IMG/VR virus record: IMGVR_UViG_3300035158_000483
Location: 1 to 52,585 of that record
DNA length: 52,585 nucleotides
Strand: one strand, 5' to 3'
Origin: a virus
Taxonomy: Duplodnaviria > Caudoviricetes
This document shows positions 10,601 through 18,933 of this stretch, piece by piece; within the stretch, counting starts at the first letter, position 1, and each line of letters starts with the position of its first letter. The position numbers were made by a program, and so were the translations under genes. The notes under the pieces were generated by a model, which was not told where the DNA came from, ran no database searches, and saw only the letters and a list, made by a program, of their open reading frames with translations.

Positions 10601-13600
10601 GCCGGGCAGTCTCGCAATCTCCCGCCTGCGCTTGACGATGCGCCCGGCCAGCTTAGAGCCGACTCCCTTGACCTGCTGTAGTTGCTCTGCGGTGGCCGTG
10701 TTCAGGAAGCCGAATCCTGTTGTGGTCAATTCGGGTTCAGGTGGAACGACGCTCTCGAAACGCTGTTGCATCAGATCGGCCTGCGCCGTCGCGGCCATCA
10801 TCGGGATGGCCGAGCCGAGCTCGCCCTCCATATAGGTCTTGGCCGTGGTCACGTACTGTTGCATCTCCTGGTTGTTCGATTCGCCAAACCGTGTTGCGCC
10901 CTTCTGTGCGTGACCGAGCCAGGTGGCCATCTGGTTGGCCATCTGCCGGTAACCTGGCGTGACCTCGCCTTTGTCCTGGGTGATGGCTTGAGAGGCTTCT
11001 AGGAACTGAGGCCCGTACATCTCCAAGCCCTCTACGGCGGTCTTGAACTTGCTCTTCGACACGCCGAAGGCCCACTCCATCGTGTCCTTTAGGTCCTGAC
11101 CGAGCTTGGCCATCCCTTGTGGCACTGAAGGCCCTTCGTCTGGAGGGCTGCCAGGGGGGCCACCTGGAGGAGGGGGTGGGGCGGCCGGTGGAGCACCGGT
11201 CGTCCTTCTTGGCGGTCCTTGGCTCCCTGCGCCTCCAGCAATCGGCTCTGAGGGAAGTGGAGCTTCGCCGCTCTCCATAAACGCCTGCACGCTGTCATAG
11301 CCCTTCTGCTTGGCCATCCGAGACAGCATCACGGTCCGCTGCATTGCCTGCTCACGCGGATCGCCCTGAGACCAGCCGCCGATGCTCCGCGACGTAACCT
11401 CGCCACCGGTGCCTGTGCCGCCCAGGCTGACGCTGGATCCGGACATCATCCTCTCGACGTCCTCTTCGGGCATACCCATCTGACCGAGTATCTCACCAAA
11501 CAACCCGGGTGCTGCGTCCATCCCGGCCTGTACGCGAGCGGCCAGGGGGTCTGCGTCAGCACGCTTGGACAGTGAGGATCGCCAAGCCTTCGCCCTGGAC
11601 CTGATCGTGTTGAAGAGCTTGCGTTGGTACGGGTCAAGGTTGGAGACTATTTCGTTGACGACGTCTTCCTGCCCGCGACCGAGGGCCATCGCTGTGGCCG
11701 TGAGACCGATCGGGGTCTCTGTCTCCCACTCGCCGGTCAACCGAGCGCGTTGACGCGCCAGCTTGGCACGCTCGAAGTCATCCTCTGCACTGCGCCAACG
11801 CTTGACCAGCTCCTCAGCCTCTCCCCAGTTCCGTCTCGGAAACCCTAGCTTTGCGACCAACTTGGGGCTCAAGTGCTTGGCACTCATCAGCGCCGGCATA
11901 AACGCCTCCTGGATGCCGGCAGGACCAGCGGAGACGTTCAAGTTTGAGAAGTCTCCCTGGCCACCTGGGCCGCCCAATAGCTTGTCGAAGTAGGACGCGC
12001 CGCCCTTGTGCAAGGAGAGCGAGTTCAGCATCCCGACGACCTTCTGCAGCTCAGGCGGCAACTCCTTCGGCGTCTGTGTCTGGCCGTGAATCACTCCGAA
12101 GAACTTCTCGGCCTCTTCTCCGAGGCCCATCGAGCGAGCTACGTGCTCCACGTCCTCAAGGGAGGCGTACGTCGGGCCGATGTACTGTCGGAGTTTGTTC
12201 GTCCAGGCCATCGCAGACCCAACTGTCTCGGCGTCGAGCTCGTGAAGATTGCGGGGGTCCATCGCGGCCCTCAGCTCCTCCAGGTTGCGGAACTTGTGTC
12301 CCCTCGACAGATCCTGGCGCTGCATCTCTTCGACGGCGGTCTGCGCTTGCTTTGCGACGAAGCCTTCTGTTGCCCAGGGGATACCAGGCTCCCCACCAGG
12401 CGTCTGCTGGCCAGGGAGCTTGAGCCGGCCTTCTGGATCGACCTCGCCCATCATCAGGTTCCAGAACAGGTCCTCGTCAAAGTCGCGCCCTAGGGCCTCG
12501 GCTAGCTTGGGGTTGATGACCAGACCAGTACCCTCAGATAGCTGCATCCCGCGCTCTTTGGCGACTTCGGGGTGGATGACGTTGAACATACGGCTCAGGG
12601 GCCAGTCACCAGGCATCGGCTGTCCCATCACGATGGAACCGAGCTTCATCCCTTGTTTCCAACGATGCTCGAACTTGTACTCCCTGGTGCCCTCGATGTG
12701 CCGCTGCGATGGGTCCATCCCGTAGGCTCGCATCACGCGCTCAACCGGTGCTGTGATCTCCGTAGAGGCCAACGCAGAGCTGGAAAGCGCGGGACCGCCG
12801 AACGCTTTGGGGATTGGCGTGCCCAGGGCGCGTCTGAGGAACTTGCGGCTTTCAGCGAGCTTGGACTGTGCGCCGAGCGCCCCCTGTAGGGCTTCCCTAC
12901 GGGCCTTAGAGCCGACTTTCTCGGATAGGCCGAGGAGAGCCTTGCCATAGAGCTGCCCGTACGCCGTGGCCTCTTCTGTGGACAGGGAGCCGGACGCCAT
13001 AAAGCGCAGAGCGTGCGCCGGCGCGGCCAGTACGCCTTCCTCAGTAAGCAGCGGCTTCTGTCCCCACTTGGTCTGTGCCGCCTGTTGCATCACCGCACGC
13101 GCAAGCACGGCCTCTGTAGGCTCCTCACCCTCTTCACCAAGGGACATAGCGCGACCAGCCGCGACAGCTTCCTGGACCGCCTTGGGGTCAGGGGCGATAG
13201 CGTTCTTGGGATACCCGTGCGGGCCTCCGGAGATCGACGCTTTGATGATACCGCTGTACGCCTGCTTGAGGTCGTAGCCTTGCTTGCGAATCTCGCTGAA
13301 GTATTCAGCTACGCCAGGATGCTCAGCGAAGCGTTCCTTGGCAACGCGCTCCAGGCGCTGGACCTCGCGGAAGGGTAGGTGGGCAGGCTCTCGGAGCGCC
13401 CAACCGCGCCGGTACATCTGGAAGAACTTCCCCTTGAGGAAGCCCATCGGCTTCTTGCTCTCCAACCGGTAGTAGCCCTCTCCGATCTCAGTGCGGTCGA
13501 ACGTGTCCTCTGGAAACTGCCAGAGCTGAGACTTGTGGACACTGGGGATCGTGACCGGCTTCTCCGTGTAGAGGCCGCCCTCGCTCTCGGGACGCAGCTT

Positions 13601-15451
13601 CTCCTCGACGAAGGCGTTGTAGAGAGGCTCGCTGACATCTTTCCACGTCTTCTGTTTCATCCCCTCCATCGTGAGATCGTCGTACCCGCGCCGGCGCAGC
13701 GTGGACAGCATCTCGTTAGGGTGTGCCATCCAGTAGGAGTAGGCCAACTGTGTCGGCTCCTTGATCTGCGTCATCCCATAGCCCTTCTCGCCGTGGAAGG
13801 CCGAGGGGCTGCCGACGCCGCTCATAAACTTGCTCCAGAACGTCTTTGAGGACAGTCGGGCCGTCTCAGGGGATGCTCCTTGCTCCATCACAGCACGGAG
13901 CACGCGCCGATCCTCATACTCACCCTTGCGCTCGTTGTAGTAGCGAGCGTTGACGACGCTGTAGTCCTTGAGCTTCGCCCAGTCCCAGTTGCGGCCAAGG
14001 CCGATTTTCAACGGAGCCGCGCCCTCGAAAAGCTCAAGCTTCCCACTGTCACCGGTCCACTCCGTCCCGCGCTTGACGACCTTGGGTTCCATCCCTTCGG
14101 GGAGGGGGATATCGTAGGTGTGGGCGCGCCGTACGGAGCCGATCCAGCCCTGCGGCTGCATCTCTATACCCTCTGGCAGCCACTCGCCCAGGGAGATCAT
14201 CTGGTTGGTGATGACGCCACGGTTCCGGCGCATTGCTGTGGAGCCGAGGCGCAGCGGGGACTGTGCGGTGATGTTCTCTCCCGTCTCGGAGTAGTAGTCG
14301 AACATCTTGTAGACGCCCTGGAGCTGCGTGCGCTTGGCGATCTTGATCAGCCTCGAACGGTCCGAAGGGTCGTAGGGGGAGAGAATACTCTCGCCCTTGT
14401 GAGGTCCTGCCCACAGATCGGTGTAGACGCGGCTCGGCCACAAGCGGGATGCGCCTTGGCGCGTTACGTATCCTTCCGGCCAGTCCTCGGGGTCCATCCC
14501 CTCGACTGAGCCCTCGATGCCCAGGTCAGGTCCTGTCAGGCCGGTGCGGTAGCGGATCTGCTTCGCTGCTGGCAGGTACTTCCAGTGACTAGGCCCCTTC
14601 ATCGTGGCCACCACGCCGAGGCCGCCCTCTACGGGCCGGTAGTCAACCGGGGGCATTCCGCCGAACTCAGCGCCCAGGTTCTCCTTGAGGTAGGATGCGG
14701 CCTGGCCGGCGTTGGCACCTGCGAGATTAGCGCCGGCGAGGCGCTGCGAAAGCTCCTGTCTGGTGAGGCCCCATCCCATAAACGCACCGAGCATCTGCTC
14801 GTAGCCCTGTGTCCCAGGCTGTGCGGAAGGGTCGTAGGGGACTTTGCGGTGGACGTGAGCGCCTACTCTAGCGTTAGGGTCTGCAGACCGGACATTCTGC
14901 CGGAAACCGCTCAGGATACCGCTCTGCCGCTCGGCCTCTGCCTGGACCTGCTCAGGCGTCAGACCTCTGACACGTATGGAGCTAGGGGGTACAACCGATC
15001 TGTTGCGCTTGAGGATACGTCCAGCTCGGGACAGATTACCGCGTTGCAGGAAAGCCGTCGGATCTTCGGTCTGATAGCTCTCCGTGGGCGTAGCGGCCGG
15101 TTGCTGCAACCTGGTGGACTGGCCTCTACCGCTGTACACGCCGACGTCCAGAAACGTGGCCCACCGATCGGCGGCAGTCTTCTGTCGCTCGTGCTCGCGC
15201 ATCAGGTCCCGCTCGCGCAAGTCGAGCTCCATATCCAGTTCAGTTTCCGAGACGGAAGACGATGGGGCTGTGGCACGATCTAACGCGGCCTCGAAGGCCG
15301 TGACGCTCTCGCCCTCTTCTGGCGCGAAGTGGTGTCGAGCGCCTTGCGTGCGATCGTACTCTATTCCCTCTGGATCGTCGGGGTCATCGCCTTGGAAATG
15401 ACGGCCCCTGGCGTTCCAGAGCCAGTCGTCTTTTGAGTAGTCTCTCGTCAT
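7631..15451 (-). CDS. Tape-measure protein (2606 aa) with a putative N-terminal two-barrel RNA polymerase and an internal HhH domain
   Basis: Position after tail tube and chaperones; Ala/Gly-rich hydrophobic stretch and long C-terminal E/R/Q coiled coil. Contains GLVINPKLAEALGRDFDED (aa ~976-994), a Pro-rich linker and LNTATAEQLQQVKGVGSKLAGRIV...VHGIG. Confidence 0.75.
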   Translation of the reverse strand: MTRDYSKDDWLWNARGRHFQGDDPDDPEGIEYDRTQGARHHFAPEEGESVTAFEAALDRATAPSSSVSETELDMELDLRERDLMREHERQKTAADRWATFLDVGVYSGRGQSTRLQQPAATPTESYQTEDPTAFLQRGNLSRAGRILKRNRSVVPPSSIRVRGLTPEQVQAEAERQSGILSGFRQNVRSADPNARVGAHVHRKVPYDPSAQPGTQGYEQMLGAFMGWGLTRQELSQRLAGANLAGANAGQAASYLKENLGAEFGGMPPVDYRPVEGGLGVVATMKGPSHWKYLPAAKQIRYRTGLTGPDLGIEGSVEGMDPEDWPEGYVTRQGASRLWPSRVYTDLWAGPHKGESILSPYDPSDRSRLIKIAKRTQLQGVYKMFDYYSETGENITAQSPLRLGSTAMRRNRGVITNQMISLGEWLPEGIEMQPQGWIGSVRRAHTYDIPLPEGMEPKVVKRGTEWTGDSGKLELFEGAAPLKIGLGRNWDWAKLKDYSVVNARYYNERKGEYEDRRVLRAVMEQGASPETARLSSKTFWSKFMSGVGSPSAFHGEKGYGMTQIKEPTQLAYSYWMAHPNEMLSTLRRRGYDDLTMEGMKQKTWKDVSEPLYNAFVEEKLRPESEGGLYTEKPVTIPSVHKSQLWQFPEDTFDRTEIGEGYYRLESKKPMGFLKGKFFQMYRRGWALREPAHLPFREVQRLERVAKERFAEHPGVAEYFSEIRKQGYDLKQAYSGIIKASISGGPHGYPKNAIAPDPKAVQEAVAAGRAMSLGEEGEEPTEAVLARAVMQQAAQTKWGQKPLLTEEGVLAAPAHALRFMASGSLSTEEATAYGQLYGKALLGLSEKVGSKARREALQGALGAQSKLAESRKFLRRALGTPIPKAFGGPALSSSALASTEITAPVERVMRAYGMDPSQRHIEGTREYKFEHRWKQGMKLGSIVMGQPMPGDWPLSRMFNVIHPEVAKERGMQLSEGTGLVINPKLAEALGRDFDEDLFWNLMMGEVDPEGRLKLPGQQTPGGEPGIPWATEGFVAKQAQTAVEEMQRQDLSRGHKFRNLEELRAAMDPRNLHELDAETVGSAMAWTNKLRQYIGPTYASLEDVEHVARSMGLGEEAEKFFGVIHGQTQTPKELPPELQKVVGMLNSLSLHKGGASYFDKLLGGPGGQGDFSNLNVSAGPAGIQEAFMPALMSAKHLSPKLVAKLGFPRRNWGEAEELVKRWRSAEDDFERAKLARQRARLTGEWETETPIGLTATAMALGRGQEDVVNEIVSNLDPYQRKLFNTIRSRAKAWRSSLSKRADADPLAARVQAGMDAAPGLFGEILGQMGMPEEDVERMMSGSSVSLGGTGTGGEVTSRSIGGWSQGDPREQAMQRTVMLSRMAKQKGYDSVQAFMESGEAPLPSEPIAGGAGSQGPPRRTTGAPPAAPPPPPGGPPGSPPDEGPSVPQGMAKLGQDLKDTMEWAFGVSKSKFKTAVEGLEMYGPQFLEASQAITQDKGEVTPGYRQMANQMATWLGHAQKGATRFGESNNQEMQQYVTTAKTYMEGELGSAIPMMAATAQADLMQQRFESVVPPEPELTTTGFGFLNTATAEQLQQVKGVGSKLAGRIVKRRREIARLPGASGFATKKGVTSVHGIGQTSLAQMIPAIEEAGVGVAEDGVVDNTKLLNKRMRTLADHLEDWGKQVGPAVKNTQELSDAQKQWTERLAREVQSVTGSALEQAQETGDVGLATAAMRLKGSDAYRQMIQASEDDWARSLEGAAPSGGIGEWFKTSFFGAEGPMKGVDRVMGQLTSGWRLMMMRRLWGMTGGVAMGNIPVAAESAQTMMGAAAATMPVSAAPVSGIGMGLMEAQAQKKAGQVAMGRAAYRAYGDIQQFLTTQTGGAAAGVGLPALGTGAVAGTLATMLGGSFTGVGLPVALAAGGYGLYSYIKSMRGDQEQMALNLAQGKRGVATEKYYRQPQVAGTREDRGWFYNLTHMSATAGGMGGIGGAIMADVPTEVGRGTPNDPRVAMMQDPNVLGLTPEGTRLYYKGRRLKAGRFQGMTAAERAASIQYAAKTYRPEGVTAERAAEMIGEYYEMTPGAVGQMTPREILESDVIQSGAITGRGPRWWSQQAGQMGYLGTDWQKAYSQMKGLEMAEVNRRMEIAGRWGAATRLGVGRTEIFEAAASGGLPVVSGTALNNAIGMIGQIAPTPGFGGMSISSWGSALRATQQRLTQARANGNYVGGWGMNTLWGLQDAMTAENTRYSQAQAGLQMERIAAQRRYLWGGGTPTAPGPDSLWGLQDVSRRFNYVQQMGGISPISGRAYTGAFNFSAQQANMSLAHTMASAGLSLRHTLESTGLSRRMYMARWGFQQEDMEDKFEDLERQRERAATVYGWKMQDWHQQFGRSAIEFGWRMEDYDENIRRATGYQRERLMRQRERDVVRRKWETTDLQEEKDRMEQRREWEEEDFERKKENLEELKERNQKLHELRLEQFDMREEHAKESHALRVSQAQESHALRMKQLEERKAAYQEEYEHQQKITTLQREHQAEQLEFQERQAGLSAAHAEAMRELQERYTNIQRSIATMATDFNNEIIDGLVELLQEAGAILDNYNTPSGLPPREGGLPY

Positions 15452-15744
15452 TCTCGGACCTCGGCAAGCTGATTAGTTGCCTGCAAACTCTCGAATCTGT
15501 TGGCTCCCTCTTCCGCCGCCCACACGTCCTGCATATAACCTGCTGGCTGATCAATCCAGCCACCTTCTCGTGGAAGCCCCCACTTCTCGCACTTCTTGAG
15601 CTCCCGATACGCCGGCGGCACGTCCGGCAGGTTGGGTTCTACGTAGATCGTCCTGTGCTGCTGTGCGTCGAAATGCTCCTGAATGGCCGTAAGGTAGTTG
15701 AAAACCTCGTCCGCAATCGCTGCTCTACGGCCTTCAGGCGTCAC
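15448..15744 (-). CDS. Tail assembly chaperone, second (gpT-like) ORF
   Basis: Lies between the gpG-like ORF and the tape measure. WGLPREGGWIDQP is typical of pre-tape-measure ORFs. It sits in the +1 frame relative to 15770..16174. Confidence 0.6.
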   Translation of the reverse strand: MTPEGRRAAIADEVFNYLTAIQEHFDAQQHRTIYVEPNLPDVPPAYRELKKCEKWGLPREGGWIDQPAGYMQDVWAAEEGANRFESLQATNQLAEVRE

Positions 15745-15769
15745 CCATACCTCGTCTGTGTCGGGGTCT

Positions 15770-16174
15770 CTAATAACCCCGAAACGGATACTGCCAGTCC
15801 GGATTGACTTCGCGGACTAGCATCACCCATTCCTTGATCAGTGAGTCGGGCGGGTTGATCTCTTGAATGCGACTCTTGAACTCCTCGAGGGGCACGTCGT
15901 CCTTCTCGAACAACGGCTGGCCCCCAACGGTCAGGTTCGTCCCTGCGAACGTCAGGGCGATCTCCTCCAACCAGAGCGTGCGGTTGTTCAGTGTGGTATC
16001 AATGCGCAGCGTCCCATCCGGCTCGTACGCCTCGGAGCGTGCTTTGAGGAGCTCGGCTCGGTGGGCGTTCTCGACAAATCCGGCCGGCTCGATGCGTACC
16101 CAGGTGTCACCGTCTTCGTCCCACTGTTCCAGGTACTTGGTCTGAGGCTCTACCGGCTGAATATCTCTAGGCAT
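15770..16174 (-). CDS. Tail assembly chaperone (gpG-like, 134 aa)
   Basis: Synteny tail tube - G - T - tape measure; AAGGAG ribosome-binding site. Confidence 0.6.
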   Translation of the reverse strand: MPRDIQPVEPQTKYLEQWDEDGDTWVRIEPAGFVENAHRAELLKARSEAYEPDGTLRIDTTLNNRTLWLEEIALTFAGTNLTVGGQPLFEKDDVPLEEFKSRIQEINPPDSLIKEWVMLVREVNPDWQYPFRGY

Positions 16175-16231
16175 CGTGTTCTCCTTGTGATATGAGGGGA
16201 GGCGAGTCCCTCCCCTCTAACTCGCGTCAGG

Positions 16232-17299
16232 CTACGGGGTCGGCCAGGCGTATGATTCTTGATCGTTGACGACCGTGATCTGGAACGGGTCCCCGCTCGC
16301 TGGCTCCTTCAGCACGCCGACCATCGGACAGTAGAGGATGCTGTTGCCCTGCAGTCGGAGCTGCCCGTCTACGCTCCAGTCAACTTCGGGGGCCGTGATC
16401 TCAATGCTGTAAGGCGTGCTCGTACCCGAGATGTTGTTGGGCGATTCCAGCTTCGCCGCGACGTTGGTGGAGTACACCGAAGGCGTCCACTCCGTGCCGT
16501 CAACGGCGCCGGTGTAGACCTGTTGCCACAGATCGGGATCGGCCCACTTGTAGATGAATCGGAACGCGAGATCGCGCTCGATGGCGACGAGATCGTCGGG
16601 GTGGTAGCTCCCAATGACCATCTCGTCCTGTAGCCGCGCAGCACTCAGCTGATTCATCAGCGTGATCTCAACCGACCTCGCTTCCAGCGCTTCAGCCGAA
16701 AAGTCAGGCAGCTTGAAGTAGCCGCTGTTACCGGTCGGGATGCTCTGCGTGTCCTCGAAGGTGTTCTCGTAGGTCCACCCGGATGGGTTTTCCTCGAACG
16801 AAGGCTCGCGGCCCAACACGCCGACCTGACACGTCAGCGGTGCCATAGCCGCCATCGAAAAGACAGCTTGGGCCACCTTGCAGTCCTGCAGAATCTCCCC
16901 AATCGAGTCGCTGGCCGTAGCCCCAGGGATGAACTTGTGCATCGTCAGCCAGGGCAGGTAGGCGTGATCCGTGGACTTAGGCCGGAAGATATGCGTGTGA
17001 CAGCCAGCTTCCGGCGTGTCGCTGGCGGTCGATACGTCGCCGGTCATCGCGTACAGGAGCCAGCCGAAGACGTTCTTGATCCTGGGCTGGATCGTCGCTG
17101 TGCCGCCCACAAGCGAAGCGGTCTTGCGCTGACCGACATTGAACACGCTCCCACCAACCTCCGGTGCCCACCTCTCGGCTTGCTCAATCGCACCCAGGTT
17201 GATGTCGAGCGTCTTGTGTCGATAGAACGTGGTGGCCAGGGACTTCTTTGCAGTCTGTCCCCCATAGGCCAGCACGCCGTTTCTGGAAGAAACACTCAT
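16232..17299 (-). CDS. Major tail tube protein (355 aa)
   Basis: Synteny, strong AAAGGAGAG ribosome-binding site, tube-like features (HTHIFRP, final ITVVNDQESY) and a downstream GC hairpin at ~16194-16217. Confidence 0.75.
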   Translation of the reverse strand: MSVSSRNGVLAYGGQTAKKSLATTFYRHKTLDINLGAIEQAERWAPEVGGSVFNVGQRKTASLVGGTATIQPRIKNVFGWLLYAMTGDVSTASDTPEAGCHTHIFRPKSTDHAYLPWLTMHKFIPGATASDSIGEILQDCKVAQAVFSMAAMAPLTCQVGVLGREPSFEENPSGWTYENTFEDTQSIPTGNSGYFKLPDFSAEALEARSVEITLMNQLSAARLQDEMVIGSYHPDDLVAIERDLAFRFIYKWADPDLWQQVYTGAVDGTEWTPSVYSTNVAAKLESPNNISGTSTPYSIEITAPEVDWSVDGQLRLQGNSILYCPMVGVLKEPASGDPFQITVVNDQESYAWPTP

Positions 17300-17312
17300 C
17301 TGAGACTCTCCT

Positions 17313-18377
17313 TTAGGTTAAGGCGCAGTAGGCGTCTAGCCATTTGCGCCAGTGTTTTTCAGTTGCTCGGTGTTCGATAACCCACTCGTGACCCTGCTTT
17401 TGAAGACGTCGACGCAAGCGCCAGTCCTCGATCAACTTGGCGATCTGTGCGTACCACTCGTCGCTGTCGTAGTGGTCCCTGACGAAAAGGGCGTTGTGAC
17501 GGTTGTTGCACACACGGCGATACACCTTGCAGTTCGTGACGACAGGCACCGCACCTCCGAAGCTTCCGTCACGGAGAGGCCGCTTTGAGGCCATATACTC
17601 CAAAGCCTTGATGCCAGACTTGCTCTTGTTGAAGCGATCATCCGGCTCCAAGGGGGCTAGGCCGATGTCGATCTGGCGGATCAAGGCGGGGTAGCTCTGG
17701 AAAGGCACTTTGGCACCGATCGTCAGGCGGGGCAGCTCCTTGAGATAGTCCGGCACGAAGCCGCCTATGAAGAAGCGCACGTTGGGATGGTCCTCTGCGA
17801 TCTTCCGCAGGGCAGGTCCGACTGGTCGCCAGTCGTCTGCGTGAGTATCTGTGCCGACAATCCCTACGGTGAGCGCGTCGTCCACACGGTGCTCGTCTGG
17901 AGCGAAGGGCTCCCACATCTCCGGTACAATCGTGTTGGGCAGGACAAAGACCTGCTCGTTGTACCGCTCCATCACATCGCGCAGGTAAGGCGTAGAGGCG
18001 GTGCCAGCCGTGCAACGCTCCAGCACGCTGGTCGCTATCCCCTCGCCGGTGACCTCTCTGTGCGAGTTGGTATAGTCGTCATCCCACTCACACACGACAG
18101 CCTTGCCGGCTTTCTGGAGCGTCGCGATGAACGTCTCGGCCTCGCGCTCGTGGCCAAGAGGGGCGATAACCCTGGCCAGCACGAAAACGTCATACGTGGC
18201 TGGGTCTAGGTGCCCCATCTGCGTGGCCCTGAATGCCCGATCAATCGGCATCCAATCAGCCTGATAGCCGTGCTCGCTCAGCTTCCGATACGGAAAGATG
18301 ATGCGATAGGCATCGCAGGCCGTTGGCCCGTTCTTGCGCTCGCCAGCGAACAGCCCCAGCACTCTAGGCTTCGTCAC
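17313..18377 (-). CDS. Glycosyltransferase, GT-B fold/GT4-like (354 aa)
   Basis: Motifs ACDAYRIIFP, VCEWDDD, ASTPYL, VLPNTI and DIGLAPLEPDDRFNKSKSGIKALEY. Confidence 0.85.
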   Translation of the reverse strand: MTKPRVLGLFAGERKNGPTACDAYRIIFPYRKLSEHGYQADWMPIDRAFRATQMGHLDPATYDVFVLARVIAPLGHEREAETFIATLQKAGKAVVCEWDDDYTNSHREVTGEGIATSVLERCTAGTASTPYLRDVMERYNEQVFVLPNTIVPEMWEPFAPDEHRVDDALTVGIVGTDTHADDWRPVGPALRKIAEDHPNVRFFIGGFVPDYLKELPRLTIGAKVPFQSYPALIRQIDIGLAPLEPDDRFNKSKSGIKALEYMASKRPLRDGSFGGAVPVVTNCKVYRRVCNNRHNALFVRDHYDSDEWYAQIAKLIEDWRLRRRLQKQGHEWVIEHRATEKHWRKWLDAYCALT

Positions 18378-18933
18378 AGGTCAGTACCTCCCACTTGATC
18401 CAGCCTTGCCAAATCCAGCTACTAGGCGGTCCGCCACCCTCGACCATATACCCCTCGACAGGCCGCACGATCCCTGCCACACTCTCGCCGAATGAATCGC
18501 GGCAGGTGAGGGCGGTAGGGGACTGGAAGATCGCGTCCTCGACGCGTCTCCGGAACAAGTTGGCGTGCTCACGCGCCTCTTGTCTGGTCAGGTCCAGCGT
18601 TGTGAAGAAGCAACGGAGCTGCGCTGAGCCTCGACGCCACCAATACTGACTGCCGCCGATCTCTGCTGCCCCACCGATGTAGGGCGCGCCTCGCTGCGCC
18701 TCAGTGGTGTGCTGGCGCTCGTCGGCCAGTTCGTGAGGCCATTGCTCGCGCTTGGGCGGGAAGTTGGGGTGCAGCGTGACAGAGTTGATCGGGTCCTGCG
18801 GATCGGACTGCAAGCGGCCAGCACGTATGAGGCCAGCTCGCGAGAGGTCGTCCTCTGGCACGCTGTCCCTGCACTGAGACGTGATATCCGCGACCAGCGC
18901 GTCGATCACCACATCTACGATATCGGTAGTCAT
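18364..18933 (-). CDS. Putative tail terminator/head-tail joining protein (189 aa)
   Basis: Synteny between the adaptor and the tail tube. Confidence 0.45.
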   Translation of the reverse strand: MTTDIVDVVIDALVADITSQCRDSVPEDDLSRAGLIRAGRLQSDPQDPINSVTLHPNFPPKREQWPHELADERQHTTEAQRGAPYIGGAAEIGGSQYWWRRGSAQLRCFFTTLDLTRQEAREHANLFRRRVEDAIFQSPTALTCRDSFGESVAGIVRPVEGYMVEGGGPPSSWIWQGWIKWEVLTCDEA

